Below, piece after piece: positions 18,313 through 27,860 of a DNA stretch of 64,000 nucleotides. The notes beneath the pieces were generated by a model. That model was given only the letters and a program-made list of their open reading frames with translations, was not told the DNA's origin and made no database searches. A program made the position numbers and the translations under genes. Source of the DNA: a bacterium (lineage in GTDB: Bacteria; Bdellovibrionota; UBA1018); NCBI GenBank assembly GCA_019751945.1, contig JAIEMT010000003.1, forward strand, positions 34,993 to 98,992, read 5' to 3'. Numbering within the stretch: the first letter of the stretch is position 1; each line of letters opens with the position of its first letter.

Positions 18313-18935
18313 TGGAAATCTCAGCAAACTTAGTAAAAGAGCTTCGTGAAAAAACCGGGGCCGGGATGATGGACTGTAAAAAGGCCCTCTCCGAAACCTC
18401 GGGTGATTTCGAGAAAGCCATCGAATATCTGCGCAAAAAAGGAGTCGCTGCTGCTGCCAAAAAAGCGGGCCGCGCTACCAAAGAAGGCGCGGTTACTTCT
18501 TATATTCATGGAGAAGGAAAAGTTGGCGTACTCCTCGAAGTCAATTGCGAAACCGATTTCGTGGCTCGAACAGAGCAGTTCCGTCAGTTCGTAAAAGATG
18601 TGGCCATGCACGTGGCTGCAGCTAGCCCCCAATGGGTTTTCCCTGAAGAAGTTCCAGCAAACATCCTTGCGAAAGAAAAAGAAATCGCAGTGGAGCAAAT
18701 GAAAGCTTCCGGCAAGCCGGTGGCTGTTCTGGAAAAAATTGCCGAAGGGAAGATCAAGAAATTCTACGAAGACACCTGCCTCATGCAGCAATCCTTCGTG
18801 AAAGATCCAGCAAAGAGCATTGAGCAATTGCTCAAAGAAACAATCGCATTGCTGGGTGAGAATATCTCGATCCGACGCTTTACACGTTATGCTTTGGGCG
18901 ATGGCCTCAAAGAAACGCCAAGCGCTGAAGCCTAA
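18312..18935 (+). CDS. tsf: elongation factor Ts
   Basis: EISANLVKELREKTGAGMMDCKKAL canonical EF-Ts N-terminus; ATG overlaps rpsB stop. Confidence 0.92.
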   Translation: MEISANLVKELREKTGAGMMDCKKALSETSGDFEKAIEYLRKKGVAAAAKKAGRATKEGAVTSYIHGEGKVGVLLEVNCETDFVARTEQFRQFVKDVAMHVAAASPQWVFPEEVPANILAKEKEIAVEQMKASGKPVAVLEKIAEGKIKKFYEDTCLMQQSFVKDPAKSIEQLLKETIALLGENISIRRFTRYALGDGLKETPSAEA

Positions 18936-18961
18936 AAGCGTAAGCCTAACTGGGAGGCCCT

Positions 18962-19699
18962 ATGGCGGCCGATAAGAAACGCAGTCAGCCCTACAAGCGC
19001 ATTTTGTTGAAGCTTTCTGGAGAAGCGCTTGCTGGGAACACCGGATACGGAATCGACACGACTGTTTTGAAATCCATTGCCGAGGAATTGAAAGAAATTC
19101 ACGACAAGGGGATTCAAATCGGAATCGTGCTCGGCGGTGGAAATATTTTTCGCGGAATCAAAGGTGCGACCCAAGGGATGGATCGCGCTTCCGCAGATTA
19201 TATGGGGATGCTTGCAACGGTCTTGAACTGTTTAGCGCTTTCAGATGCTCTGGAGCGTGAAGGAGTTCAGACCCGCGTGCAGTCGGCAATTGAAATGAGA
19301 GAGCTTGCCGAGCCCTACATCCGCAGAAGAGCCGTTCGACACCTCGAGAAAAAACGAGTGGTCATCTTCGGTGGTGGTACTGGCAATCCTTATTTCACTA
19401 CCGATACGACTGCCGCGCTACGAGCCATGGAAATTGGCTCCGAAGTGGTGATCAAAGCTACCAAGGTGGATGGAATCTACGACGCCGACCCCGTTAAAAA
19501 CCCCAAGGCTAAAATGTTCCAAGAGATTTCTTACATTGATGTCCTTCAAAAAGGACTGTCAGTGATGGACTCGACCGCGATTTCGCTTTGTATGGATAAC
19601 AAACTTCCCATTATTGTTTTCAACCTCGGCAAAGCCGGCGAACTCAAGCGCCTGGTCGAAGGTCAGCAAGTGGGAACTCTCGTACGTCAGGAGAAATAA
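18962..19699 (+). CDS. pyrH: UMP kinase
   Basis: [13 protein letters not shown]...GGGNIFRG PyrH motifs. Confidence 0.92.
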   Translation: MAADKKRSQPYKRILLKLSGEALAGNTGYGIDTTVLKSIAEELKEIHDKGIQIGIVLGGGNIFRGIKGATQGMDRASADYMGMLATVLNCLALSDALEREGVQTRVQSAIEMRELAEPYIRRRAVRHLEKKRVVIFGGGTGNPYFTTDTTAALRAMEIGSEVVIKATKVDGIYDADPVKNPKAKMFQEISYIDVLQKGLSVMDSTAISLCMDNKLPIIVFNLGKAGELKRLVEGQQVGTLVRQEK

Positions 19700-19701
19700 C
19701 G

Positions 19702-20262
19702 ATGTCTGCAAAAGAACATATGGATGTCATGATCCAGCACATGGACAAGAGTATTCAGTCGTTGAAGGCGGAACTCGCCAAGCTTCGAACTGGGCGCGCT
19801 TCCACCGCTCTGGTCGATACCGTGCACGTGGACTACTACGGCTCGAACGTGCCGATCAATCAAGTAGCTAACGTCACGACGCCCGATGCGCGAACCATTC
19901 AGATTGCTCCTTGGGAGGCCAACACCCTCGGCGCTATTGAGAAAGCTATTCTCGCTGCCAACATTGGCCTCACTCCAAACAACGATGGCAAAGTGATTCG
20001 AATTCCCCTTCCTCAAATGACCGAAGAGCGCCGCAAGGACCTTGTAAAGATCGTGAAGAAGTTGGGAGAAGAATCTAAGGTTGCTGTTCGCAATCAGCGC
20101 CGCGATTCGAACGAAGAAATTAAGAAGCTCGAAAAAGCCAAGAGCATGTCTGAAGACGAGTTGAAGAAAACTTTGGACGTCATTCAGAAAAAAACGGACG
20201 AGAAGACTACCGAGATCGACAAGATTGTTCAGGCCAAAGAAAAAGAGATCATGACGATCTAG
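19702..20262 (+). CDS. frr: ribosome recycling factor
   Basis: 186 aa with RTGRASTALVD...PTPDARTI conserved RRF motifs. Confidence 0.92.
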   Translation: MSAKEHMDVMIQHMDKSIQSLKAELAKLRTGRASTALVDTVHVDYYGSNVPINQVANVTTPDARTIQIAPWEANTLGAIEKAILAANIGLTPNNDGKVIRIPLPQMTEERRKDLVKIVKKLGEESKVAVRNQRRDSNEEIKKLEKAKSMSEDELKKTLDVIQKKTDEKTTEIDKIVQAKEKEIMTI

Positions 20263-20273
20263 TCGGAACGCGA

Positions 20274-21026
20274 ATGACTTCCTCCACGAGCACACCACGA
20301 CATGTTGCAATCATCATGGACGGAAACGGCCGCTGGGCACAGTCTCGTGGTCACCGCCGAATCTACGGTCACGTCCGCGGCGCTTCCCGAGTAAAAGCCA
20401 TTGTTCGAGAAGCGGATCGCTTAGGAGTCAAAGCTCTGACGCTATTTGCCTTCTCTACTGAGAACTGGCTGAGGCCCGAACTGGAGCTCCAAGTTCTCTG
20501 GAAACTGCTTAAAAAATACCTAGTTCTTGAACAAGAAGAGCTGCTCAGAGAAAATGTAAGACTGAGGGTCATTGGTGAAGTGGATCGACTAAGTGCGGAT
20601 GTTCGCGCCGTGTTGGATCCAGCTGTAGAAAAACTCTCGGGCAACACTGGACTGCAACTTACCTTCGCAATTTCCTATGGATCGCGAAGAGAGTTAACGG
20701 TCGCAGCGAGCCGTTTTGCAAAAGACTGTGTAGAAGGAAAACGCAGTCCGGGTGAAATGAACGAGAAACTTCTCTCTCAGTACCTGTGGACTTCGTATTT
20801 AGGGGATTTAGCTGAAGTGGATCTCATGATTCGAACCAGCGGAGAACATCGCGTGAGCAATTTTCTTCTCTGGCAGTCAGCATATGCCGAGTTTGTTTTT
20901 ACGGATCTGTGCTGGCCGGACTTCCGGCCCTATCACTTGCGTGAGGCGGTCGAAAAGTATTCGCATCGAGAGCGTCGTTATGGAGCGATCAATGCAGCCA
21001 GCGCTGCAGGAGCACAGCCGATATGA
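20274..21026 (+). CDS. uppS: undecaprenyl diphosphate synthase
   Basis: HVAIIMDGNGRWA...ENW cis-prenyltransferase motifs. Confidence 0.88.
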   Translation: MTSSTSTPRHVAIIMDGNGRWAQSRGHRRIYGHVRGASRVKAIVREADRLGVKALTLFAFSTENWLRPELELQVLWKLLKKYLVLEQEELLRENVRLRVIGEVDRLSADVRAVLDPAVEKLSGNTGLQLTFAISYGSRRELTVAASRFAKDCVEGKRSPGEMNEKLLSQYLWTSYLGDLAEVDLMIRTSGEHRVSNFLLWQSAYAEFVFTDLCWPDFRPYHLREAVEKYSHRERRYGAINAASAAGAQPI

Positions 21027-21880
21027 GCAGCCTGACCAATTCTCTTTCGATCTCGCCCGAGTTGAGTAAACGCATACTCACCGGACTGGCGGGAATCGTC
21101 GTCTTCACCTTACTCATTGTTTATGCAGGCCGAGTGGGAGTAGCTGCGATCTCCGTCATTATGTCACTGGGCATGCTCTTCGAGTTCGTCGACATGGTTT
21201 TCACTTTGCACGATAAACGCGAGAAGCGACTGATCCTCTTGGGCAGCGCGTGGCTCATTGCTTTCATCAACTTCTGGATTCCAAGAATGGAATTCGAACT
21301 CCTGCTCTTCGCTTTCTTTCCCCTCTTTGCTTATTTTCTTTTCACAGTAGAACGCCATCATGGGGATGCCCTGGCCACCCATTTCTGGGAACTCATGGCG
21401 TCCTTGTTTGGGGTTCTCTACTTAGTTTTCTTGCCTCTTTTTCTCATTTCTTTACGCGACGTACCAAAGGGCATGCACTGGACTTTGATTTTCTTCATCG
21501 TGGTTTGGGCATCTGACTCGGCCGCCTATTTCGTAGGTCGCAAATATGGGAAAAGGAAGCTCTTTGCTGCAATTAGTCCAAACAAAACTGTAGAAGGTGC
21601 CGCAGGCGGTTTGGCAGCTGGTTTCATCCTCGTTCTCTTATATAAAGCTGCGATTTTTAGGCAGATTCCGTGGAGCGCTACGATTGCCATCCCCATTTTT
21701 GTCGGGATTTTTGCGCAGCTTGGCGACCTCAGTGAGAGTTTTTTAAAACGCGCATTCCACCGAAAAGACTCTGGGAGCATGATTCCAGGGCATGGGGGCT
21801 TCCTAGACCGGTTTGACGGTGTAGTCTTCGCCCTGCCCGTCATGTATGGTTGTGTTAAGTACCTCGGTGGCGTCATCTAA
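21023..21880 (+). CDS. cdsA: phosphatidate cytidylyltransferase
   Basis: Polytopic membrane protein with C-terminal SxxKRxxxxKDxxxxxPGHGGxxDRxD CdsA signature. Confidence 0.82.
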   Translation: MSSLTNSLSISPELSKRILTGLAGIVVFTLLIVYAGRVGVAAISVIMSLGMLFEFVDMVFTLHDKREKRLILLGSAWLIAFINFWIPRMEFELLLFAFFPLFAYFLFTVERHHGDALATHFWELMASLFGVLYLVFLPLFLISLRDVPKGMHWTLIFFIVVWASDSAAYFVGRKYGKRKLFAAISPNKTVEGAAGGLAAGFILVLLYKAAIFRQIPWSATIAIPIFVGIFAQLGDLSESFLKRAFHRKDSGSMIPGHGGFLDRFDGVVFALPVMYGCVKYLGGVI

Positions 21881-21915
21881 GTCGTCCGCTACAGAGATTC
21901 AACGAGGAGAGTTCC

Positions 21916-23544
21916 GTGCTCATTTCGATTCTTGGTTTCTTAGTAGTTCTGGGTCCCCTGGTCATCGTCCATGAATTTGGACATTTCACCTTCGCCAAGA
22001 TTTTTGGCGTCCGTGCTGACATCTTTTCAATCGGATTTGGTCCGCGGATGTGGAGCAAGCAGATCGGGGAAACGGAATTCCGCGTCTCCTGGATTCCGCT
22101 CGGGGGTTACGTAAAACTCTTTGGCGAAGATTCGGCCTCAAAGGGTTCCCCGGCCGAACAAAAACGTGCCCTTCACAAGCAGGAGGCCTGGAAGCGGTTC
22201 TTTATTTTCTTCGGCGGCCCGCTCTTCAATTTCATTTTCGCAGTGTTGATCTTCATGGCCATCTTGGTCATCGGCGAGCCCCAAATGGCCAGCTATGTGG
22301 GGCGTTCCGTTCAGGGTTCGGCAGCACAACGTGCGGGCTTCCAAAGTGGAGACCAAGTGGTTTCCATCAACGGCACCCCGGTTCGAAAGTTTGAAGAAGT
22401 TCTGACTCATATTAATGAGCATCCGGATCTTCCGATGACCTTCTTAGTGAAACATCCGGGTCAAACGACGCCAAAGGAAATTCGCATCACCCCGACCATT
22501 CAATCGGGATACAGCGTTTACGGCGAAGCAGTGAATGTTGGGGAAATCGAAGGATTGCTCCCTACCTCTCGCTCCATGACGATTGGGGTTTCGAACCCCA
22601 ACTCTCCAGCGGGTCGCGCTGGAATAAAAACCGGCGACATCGCCCTGACCTTGAACGGTGCTGAAATCAATGACTGGGAAACGCTCGAAAATGCGTACCG
22701 AAATCTGGCGCCATCCACGACTTTCCAGCTCCAAGTAAAAACAGGCAAGGCGACTCGAAACGTTCTGCTAAACAAGCCCGCTAAAGCAACAAACTTGGGC
22801 GAAGATTTAGGACTCTACTCTTCAGAACTCTTCATCGATAAAACCGTAAAAGCCGCACCCGCTGAAACTGCCGGTGTTCGCGCTGGCGACCGCATTGTCA
22901 CCATTCACGGTCACAAAGTGCAGAGCTTCTTTGAATTGAGAGACTCGGTTCAACGTGCCGGCGAAAAAGACGGCAAGGTCAACGTGTCTTGGGAAAGAAA
23001 TGGAAAGATCATGACTGCAGCGATCTCCCCCACTTCCACTACGGGGCGCGATCCGTCGTTGAGAAAAACCACTCAGTACACCATCGGCATCGTTCCGATG
23101 CTGACCTGGGCAGAACCCAAAATGATTTTAGAAAGAACCTGGAACCCCTTCGTCCTCGTTTACAAAGCGACGGAAAGAATGGCGGTCTACAGCTGGAGAA
23201 ATCTCGTCTCCATCAAGAAAATGTTCACGGGCGATGTTTCGGTCGGCACTTTAGGCGGCCCCATCCTGATTGCAAAAATCTCGGGTGAATCGCTCTCTCG
23301 CGGACTCATTGCATTTTTAACCACCATGGCCATTCTCTCGGTCGGCTTGGGAATTCTGAACGTCTTACCGGTTCCGGTATTAGACGGCGGACATCTCTTG
23401 CTCTTGGGAATTGAATCCATTCGAGGCAGACCGCTCACCTTGCGACAGATGGAAATCTTTCAGCAAGTGGGGCTCTCGCTGATCTTGCTCCTGATGATTG
23501 TCGTCATGAGAAACGATTTAGCGCGGCTCCCGATTTTCCAGTAA
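21916..23544 (+). CDS. rseP: RIP zinc metalloprotease RseP with tandem PDZ domains
   Basis: HEFGH zinc motif in the first TM helix, multiple PDZ-like segments, C-terminal LDGG motif. Confidence 0.85.
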   Translation: MLISILGFLVVLGPLVIVHEFGHFTFAKIFGVRADIFSIGFGPRMWSKQIGETEFRVSWIPLGGYVKLFGEDSASKGSPAEQKRALHKQEAWKRFFIFFGGPLFNFIFAVLIFMAILVIGEPQMASYVGRSVQGSAAQRAGFQSGDQVVSINGTPVRKFEEVLTHINEHPDLPMTFLVKHPGQTTPKEIRITPTIQSGYSVYGEAVNVGEIEGLLPTSRSMTIGVSNPNSPAGRAGIKTGDIALTLNGAEINDWETLENAYRNLAPSTTFQLQVKTGKATRNVLLNKPAKATNLGEDLGLYSSELFIDKTVKAAPAETAGVRAGDRIVTIHGHKVQSFFELRDSVQRAGEKDGKVNVSWERNGKIMTAAISPTSTTGRDPSLRKTTQYTIGIVPMLTWAEPKMILERTWNPFVLVYKATERMAVYSWRNLVSIKKMFTGDVSVGTLGGPILIAKISGESLSRGLIAFLTTMAILSVGLGILNVLPVPVLDGGHLLLLGIESIRGRPLTLRQMEIFQQVGLSLILLLMIVVMRNDLARLPIFQ

Positions 23545-23561
23545 GCGAGCACAAGAAGTTC

Positions 23562-24359
23562 ATGCGTTTTTTAACCTGGGATACCTCATCAAAGACGGGA
23601 GCCATTGCGGCCATCGAAACCGATGTCGACGGGCATCAAACCCGCTTGGTGAGCGAGTGGAGCCTCAACATCGAAATGAGCACCCACTCGGAACACCTGC
23701 TCTGGGCCATCGATCAAGTTCTGGATGCTTCGAAGTGGACGCTCAGTGATGTCGATGTCTTTGGCGTTGGCGTAGGTCCCGGAAGTTTTACGGGCCTTCG
23801 CATTGGGGTAGTTACCGCTCGCACTCTCGCTCACACCATGCAAAAACCCTTGGTCTCGGTTTCTAGTCTTTCAGTCTTAGCCAGACCGGCCGCCATTTGG
23901 GCTCAATCCCAAAAAGAACCCACTGTAATAGTGGCCACCACCGACGCTTGCAAAGGAGAGCTCTTTGCCCTTTGGGGAAAAGCGCAGGACGTGGCAAAAT
24001 CATTTTCTGGAACTCGAAAAGGAGTGGCCGAAAAAGTGATTCGCCCCGCAGACCTCATCTCCGAAATAAAATCAGCGCAGAAAAAAAGTCGCGGCACTCG
24101 TTGGCTCGCTGTGGGTGAAGGTCGCCAACGCTATTTAGAAGAGTGGAAGAAGCTTTCTGCGAAACAAGCCCGTCAGGCGGAGTATCCGTTTCCCGACCAG
24201 GTTCAGGGGCGCTACTTAGCCATGCTCACTCTCGAGTCCTATCAAGCCCTCGAAAAGAAGAAGGCTCTCTCCGAAGATGCTGATCCCTTGAAAGTGTTTC
24301 CGCACTACGTGCGCGCGTCCGATGCTGAAATGAAGTTGAAAGCAGGTTTGCTGAAATGA
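23562..24359 (+). CDS. tsaB: tRNA t6A biosynthesis protein TsaB (YeaZ)
   Basis: LTWDTSSKTGAIAA...GVGPGSFTGLRIG YeaZ N-terminal pattern; longer C-terminus than E. coli TsaB. Confidence 0.7.
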   Translation: MRFLTWDTSSKTGAIAAIETDVDGHQTRLVSEWSLNIEMSTHSEHLLWAIDQVLDASKWTLSDVDVFGVGVGPGSFTGLRIGVVTARTLAHTMQKPLVSVSSLSVLARPAAIWAQSQKEPTVIVATTDACKGELFALWGKAQDVAKSFSGTRKGVAEKVIRPADLISEIKSAQKKSRGTRWLAVGEGRQRYLEEWKKLSAKQARQAEYPFPDQVQGRYLAMLTLESYQALEKKKALSEDADPLKVFPHYVRASDAEMKLKAGLLK

Positions 24360-25270
24360 CCGATGTCGCATGGCTGGGTCCAGTCTGCGCCTTCATGTCA
24401 TCAGTCACTTGGGCAATCGGGAGCAGCGCTTACTCTCATCTTTCAAAAAACTATTCTCCCTTTGGTGTAAACTTTTCGCGCGCATGGTTGGCGCTGCCCG
24501 TTTTTATTCTGGCCGTTTTCATAACCGGCGGGTCTTTGAGTGGGGGGCTCGCCCTCTACCGAGAACTCACCCCGTATCATTGGGCTTGGCTCGCCACCTC
24601 CATGGTAGTCAGCTACGGAATTGGAGACGCCCTTTTTCTGTGGAGCACTCGCTATCTTGGGATTCCCGGTGCCCTAGCTATTTCATCGGCCTACCCCCTG
24701 CTGACCACTTTGTATGGAGTGCTGTTTCGCGAAGAAGTACTGTCCATGAAACAAGCGCTTGGAATTCTGGTGGCGATTGGGGGAATGGTCCTGGTCATTC
24801 TTTACGCTCCCCACACCGAGGTTTCTCGACACAAAAAGAGAAGCCACGCCCTGAAGGGCTTAGCGCTAGCTACGGGGGCTTGCCTGCTCTGGGCCATGAA
24901 TTCCATTGCTGTGAGTTATGGGGGTCAAGGCATCTCGCCTTTTGTTGGAAACTCCGTTCGCATGCTTTTGGCGCTTCCCATTAGTGCGGCGGCGGGCTTC
25001 CTTTTGGCGAGACGGCAGCCTCTACTCCTCCCCGTGCGGGAGTTCAAAAAGTACTGGTGGGCCATTTTGTTCGAGGCCTTTGGGGGCTCCACTTTCTTCA
25101 TGTATGGTTTAGCCCATTCCTCGCTGGCAATAGGCTCAACATTATCAGCACTTGCTCCCATCCTAGCGGTTCCCTTTGCCTGGGCAATTGGGGGCGAAAA
25201 GGTGTCTTACGTTCGAACTGGGGGAGTGGGGATGGCGGTCTGCGGTCTCTGGCTTCTGGTGGTTCCTTAA
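24356..25270 (+). CDS. EamA/DMT-family transporter
   Basis: 304 aa, 10 TM, duplicated EamA-like halves; ATGA-coupled to tsaB. Confidence 0.65.
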   Translation: MTDVAWLGPVCAFMSSVTWAIGSSAYSHLSKNYSPFGVNFSRAWLALPVFILAVFITGGSLSGGLALYRELTPYHWAWLATSMVVSYGIGDALFLWSTRYLGIPGALAISSAYPLLTTLYGVLFREEVLSMKQALGILVAIGGMVLVILYAPHTEVSRHKKRSHALKGLALATGACLLWAMNSIAVSYGGQGISPFVGNSVRMLLALPISAAAGFLLARRQPLLLPVREFKKYWWAILFEAFGGSTFFMYGLAHSSLAIGSTLSALAPILAVPFAWAIGGEKVSYVRTGGVGMAVCGLWLLVVP

Positions 25271-25287
25271 TTCCTGACTTTGGGTTA

Positions 25288-26028
25288 ATGATTAAGGACA
25301 TGGACGCGATCAACACTGAAGCCGTAAATGAACTCGTAAAATTCCCAAGCTCCCCCATTGCCTATGATGGTTGGGCCATTATTTTGGCCGGCCTCTTCGT
25401 GGCTTTCGGGTGCTGGATTGGCCTGCGCTATATGAACCCCGAACCTCAAAGCACCGCTTGGATGCTCTGGGTGAGCGGAACCGTTCTGGCCCTCGCCTTC
25501 ACCGTTTTTTCGATCTGGTTTTTCAGAGATCCGCAGCGGACTCCGCTTTCGCAAGCTGCGGAAGACGTGATCAGCGCCGCTGACGGCACTGTATTGAAGG
25601 TAGAGACGGTGAACGATCCCCGCTACGGGGGCACGGCTGAAAAGATCAGCATTTTCATGTCTCCACTGAACGTGCACGTCAACCGCGCACCCATTCGAGG
25701 AAAAGTAACCAAGGTCGAATACGTTCCTGGAAAATTTTTCGCAGCTAACCTGGACAAGGCTTCTACTGATAACGAACGCAACTGGGTCAGCATGCAGAAT
25801 GCGAAAGGTCAGCAAGTGGCCTTCTTGCAAATTGCAGGGTTCATCGCTCGACGAATTGTTTGCCGCACTCACGTCGGCGACCATCTGGGCGTGGGGCAAC
25901 GCTACGGCATGATTCGTTTTGGATCGCGAATGGAAATCTTTTTACCCAAGGGCAGTAAAATCAACGTGAAGCCGGGAGATAAACTCCAGGCCGGTGAAAC
26001 TGTGGTGGGGAAACTCCCGAATGCGTAA
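25288..26028 (+). CDS. psd: phosphatidylserine decarboxylase, short (archaeal-type) form
   Basis: Psd proenzyme self-cleavage region FGSRMEIFLP near the C-terminus; ATG at 25288 just after the EamA stop. Confidence 0.7.
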   Translation: MIKDMDAINTEAVNELVKFPSSPIAYDGWAIILAGLFVAFGCWIGLRYMNPEPQSTAWMLWVSGTVLALAFTVFSIWFFRDPQRTPLSQAAEDVISAADGTVLKVETVNDPRYGGTAEKISIFMSPLNVHVNRAPIRGKVTKVEYVPGKFFAANLDKASTDNERNWVSMQNAKGQQVAFLQIAGFIARRIVCRTHVGDHLGVGQRYGMIRFGSRMEIFLPKGSKINVKPGDKLQAGETVVGKLPNA

Positions 26029-26779
26029 GGTCTACTTGGTCCCAAACTTCGTCACAACGGCGAACATGTTTTGCGGATTTTATTCGATGATTGCATCCAT
26101 TCGACACGAATTTGTCGATGCCTGCTGGTTCATCGTCGCTGCGTCGGTCTTCGATATGCTCGACGGGCGTATTGCTCGCTTAGCTCGAGCCACCAGTCAG
26201 TTCGGTGTGGAGTATGACAGCCTCTCCGATCTGGTCTCCTTCGGAATCGCTCCGGGAATTCTTCTGTATCTTTGGGCGCTCGAACCCTTTGGACGATTGG
26301 GTTGGTTAGCGGCGTTCCTGTTTGTCGCCTGCGGGGGTCTTCGTCTCGCTCGGTTCAACGTTTTTTCGGGCAGCTTACCAAAAGCCTACTTTCAAGGGTT
26401 GCCCATTCCTATGGCCGCGGGAATGGTTTCTACCTTCATTATCTTTAACAAGACGTCGGGGTGGCCCGATGCAAGTTCCCTGGGTGTCGTGAGCTTGCTC
26501 CTGACACTGACATTGGCCAGCTTAATGGTCAGCACCATTCGATTCCCTTCCTTTAAGGAGTTGAATTGGAGATCCCGCGCGAGCTTTGGCTTCATGTTGG
26601 TGGGCGTGTTGGCCATGATCCTCATCGCCACACAGCCAGAAGTAACGCTGTTCCTTCTGATTTCGACCTACATTGTTTTCAGCCTTCTCTGGAATGCAGC
26701 CCGATGGTTGGGAGTTCCGATCTTACAAGGCAAACCGAAAGTCGTTCACGCCTCTGCTCCAGATCCGGACGGGAGATAG
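26021..26779 (+). CDS. pssA: CDP-diacylglycerol--serine O-phosphatidyltransferase
   Basis: CDP-alcohol phosphotransferase motif DMLDGRIARL...G...D in a membrane protein; 8-nt overlap with psd. Confidence 0.8.
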   Translation: MRKVYLVPNFVTTANMFCGFYSMIASIRHEFVDACWFIVAASVFDMLDGRIARLARATSQFGVEYDSLSDLVSFGIAPGILLYLWALEPFGRLGWLAAFLFVACGGLRLARFNVFSGSLPKAYFQGLPIPMAAGMVSTFIIFNKTSGWPDASSLGVVSLLLTLTLASLMVSTIRFPSFKELNWRSRASFGFMLVGVLAMILIATQPEVTLFLLISTYIVFSLLWNAARWLGVPILQGKPKVVHASAPDPDGR

Positions 26780-26789
26780 TTTTACACTC

Positions 26790-27860
26790 ATGACAACGAA
26801 GTCTTCAAAACGGGGTTTAAAAGTCGCAGTCGTGGGCGTCACCGGCGCGGTCGGCCGTGAAATGCTCGCAGTGATGGAAGGCCGAAAGTTTCCAGTTCAA
26901 GATTTTGTGGGTTTTGCTTCAGCCCGCTCTGAAGGCAAAAATATTCGTCTCAACGACAAAACGTATCGTTGCCAATCCTTGAAGAAGGGCTGCTTTGAGG
27001 GAGTCGATCTGGCCTTCTTCGACGCATCAGACAGCATTTCAAACGAATGGGTGCCTGAAGCGTTGAATGCTGGGGCTTGGGTTGTCGACAATTCTTCTGC
27101 GCATCGAATGAAGCCCGATGTTCCCCTCATTGTTCCAGAAGTAAACGGCCACGCTCTAGAGAAATCCTTAAAAACTTCTCCGTCGAGTCGCTTGGTGGCT
27201 GGTCCGAATTGCTCGGTGGCTCAACTCGTCGTGGCGCTGAAACCCTTGCACGAAAAATGGGGCATTAAACGAGTGGTCGTATCGACTTATCAGAGCACGA
27301 GCGGGGCAGGCACTGCTGCCATGGATGAACTCTCTCGACAAACTGTGGCCATGTTCAACCAGGGATCTATTGAGCCGAAATTTTTTCCGCATCAGATTGC
27401 GTTTAATTGCATTCCCCAAATTGGAAGCTTTAAGGAAAACGGAAACACCTCGGAAGAAAATAAGATGATTGAAGAGGCGCGAAAGCTTCTCGAAATTCCC
27501 GGATTAAAAATCTCTGTGACGGCCGTTCGCGTTCCTACCTTTTCCTGTCATGCAGAGAGTGTGAATGTGGAATTTGAAAAAAGCCTGACTCCCGAAGAAG
27601 CTCGGGAGGTTCTCAATAGTGCCGATGGAATTCAGGTTTTGGACGACCCTTCGAAGAATATTTACCCCATGGGCTTTACCCATTCTGGAGGGAGCGTGGA
27701 GGCCGCTACGGGGCGGGACGCAGTCTACGTGGGGCGAATTCGACGAGACGAATCCACCGAAAATGGTTTAAACTTCTGGGTAGTGTCAGATAACTTGAGA
27801 AAGGGAGCCGCACTCAATGCCATCCAAATTGGCGAAGTTTTGCTTCGCGCTCTCGTTTAG
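26790..27860 (+). CDS. asd: aspartate-semialdehyde dehydrogenase
   Basis: LKVAVVGVTGAVGREML NAD-binding N-terminus; active-site Cys region GPNCSVAQLVVALKPL. Confidence 0.85.
   Translation: MTTKSSKRGLKVAVVGVTGAVGREMLAVMEGRKFPVQDFVGFASARSEGKNIRLNDKTYRCQSLKKGCFEGVDLAFFDASDSISNEWVPEALNAGAWVVDNSSAHRMKPDVPLIVPEVNGHALEKSLKTSPSSRLVAGPNCSVAQLVVALKPLHEKWGIKRVVVSTYQSTSGAGTAAMDELSRQTVAMFNQGSIEPKFFPHQIAFNCIPQIGSFKENGNTSEENKMIEEARKLLEIPGLKISVTAVRVPTFSCHAESVNVEFEKSLTPEEAREVLNSADGIQVLDDPSKNIYPMGFTHSGGSVEAATGRDAVYVGRIRRDESTENGLNFWVVSDNLRKGAALNAIQIGEVLLRALV

Noticed and set aside
19687-20310. 207-aa ORF antisense to frr
   Set aside because: Antisense of a highly conserved housekeeping gene; Phe/Leu/Arg-rich artefact composition.
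24370-24984. 204-aa ORF in an alternative frame inside the EamA transporter gene
   Set aside because: Arg/Ser/His-rich frame-shifted translation; the EamA frame has clear TM periodicity.
25285-25899. 204-aa ORF antisense to psd
   Set aside because: Overlaps a well-supported psd gene on the other strand; no motif.
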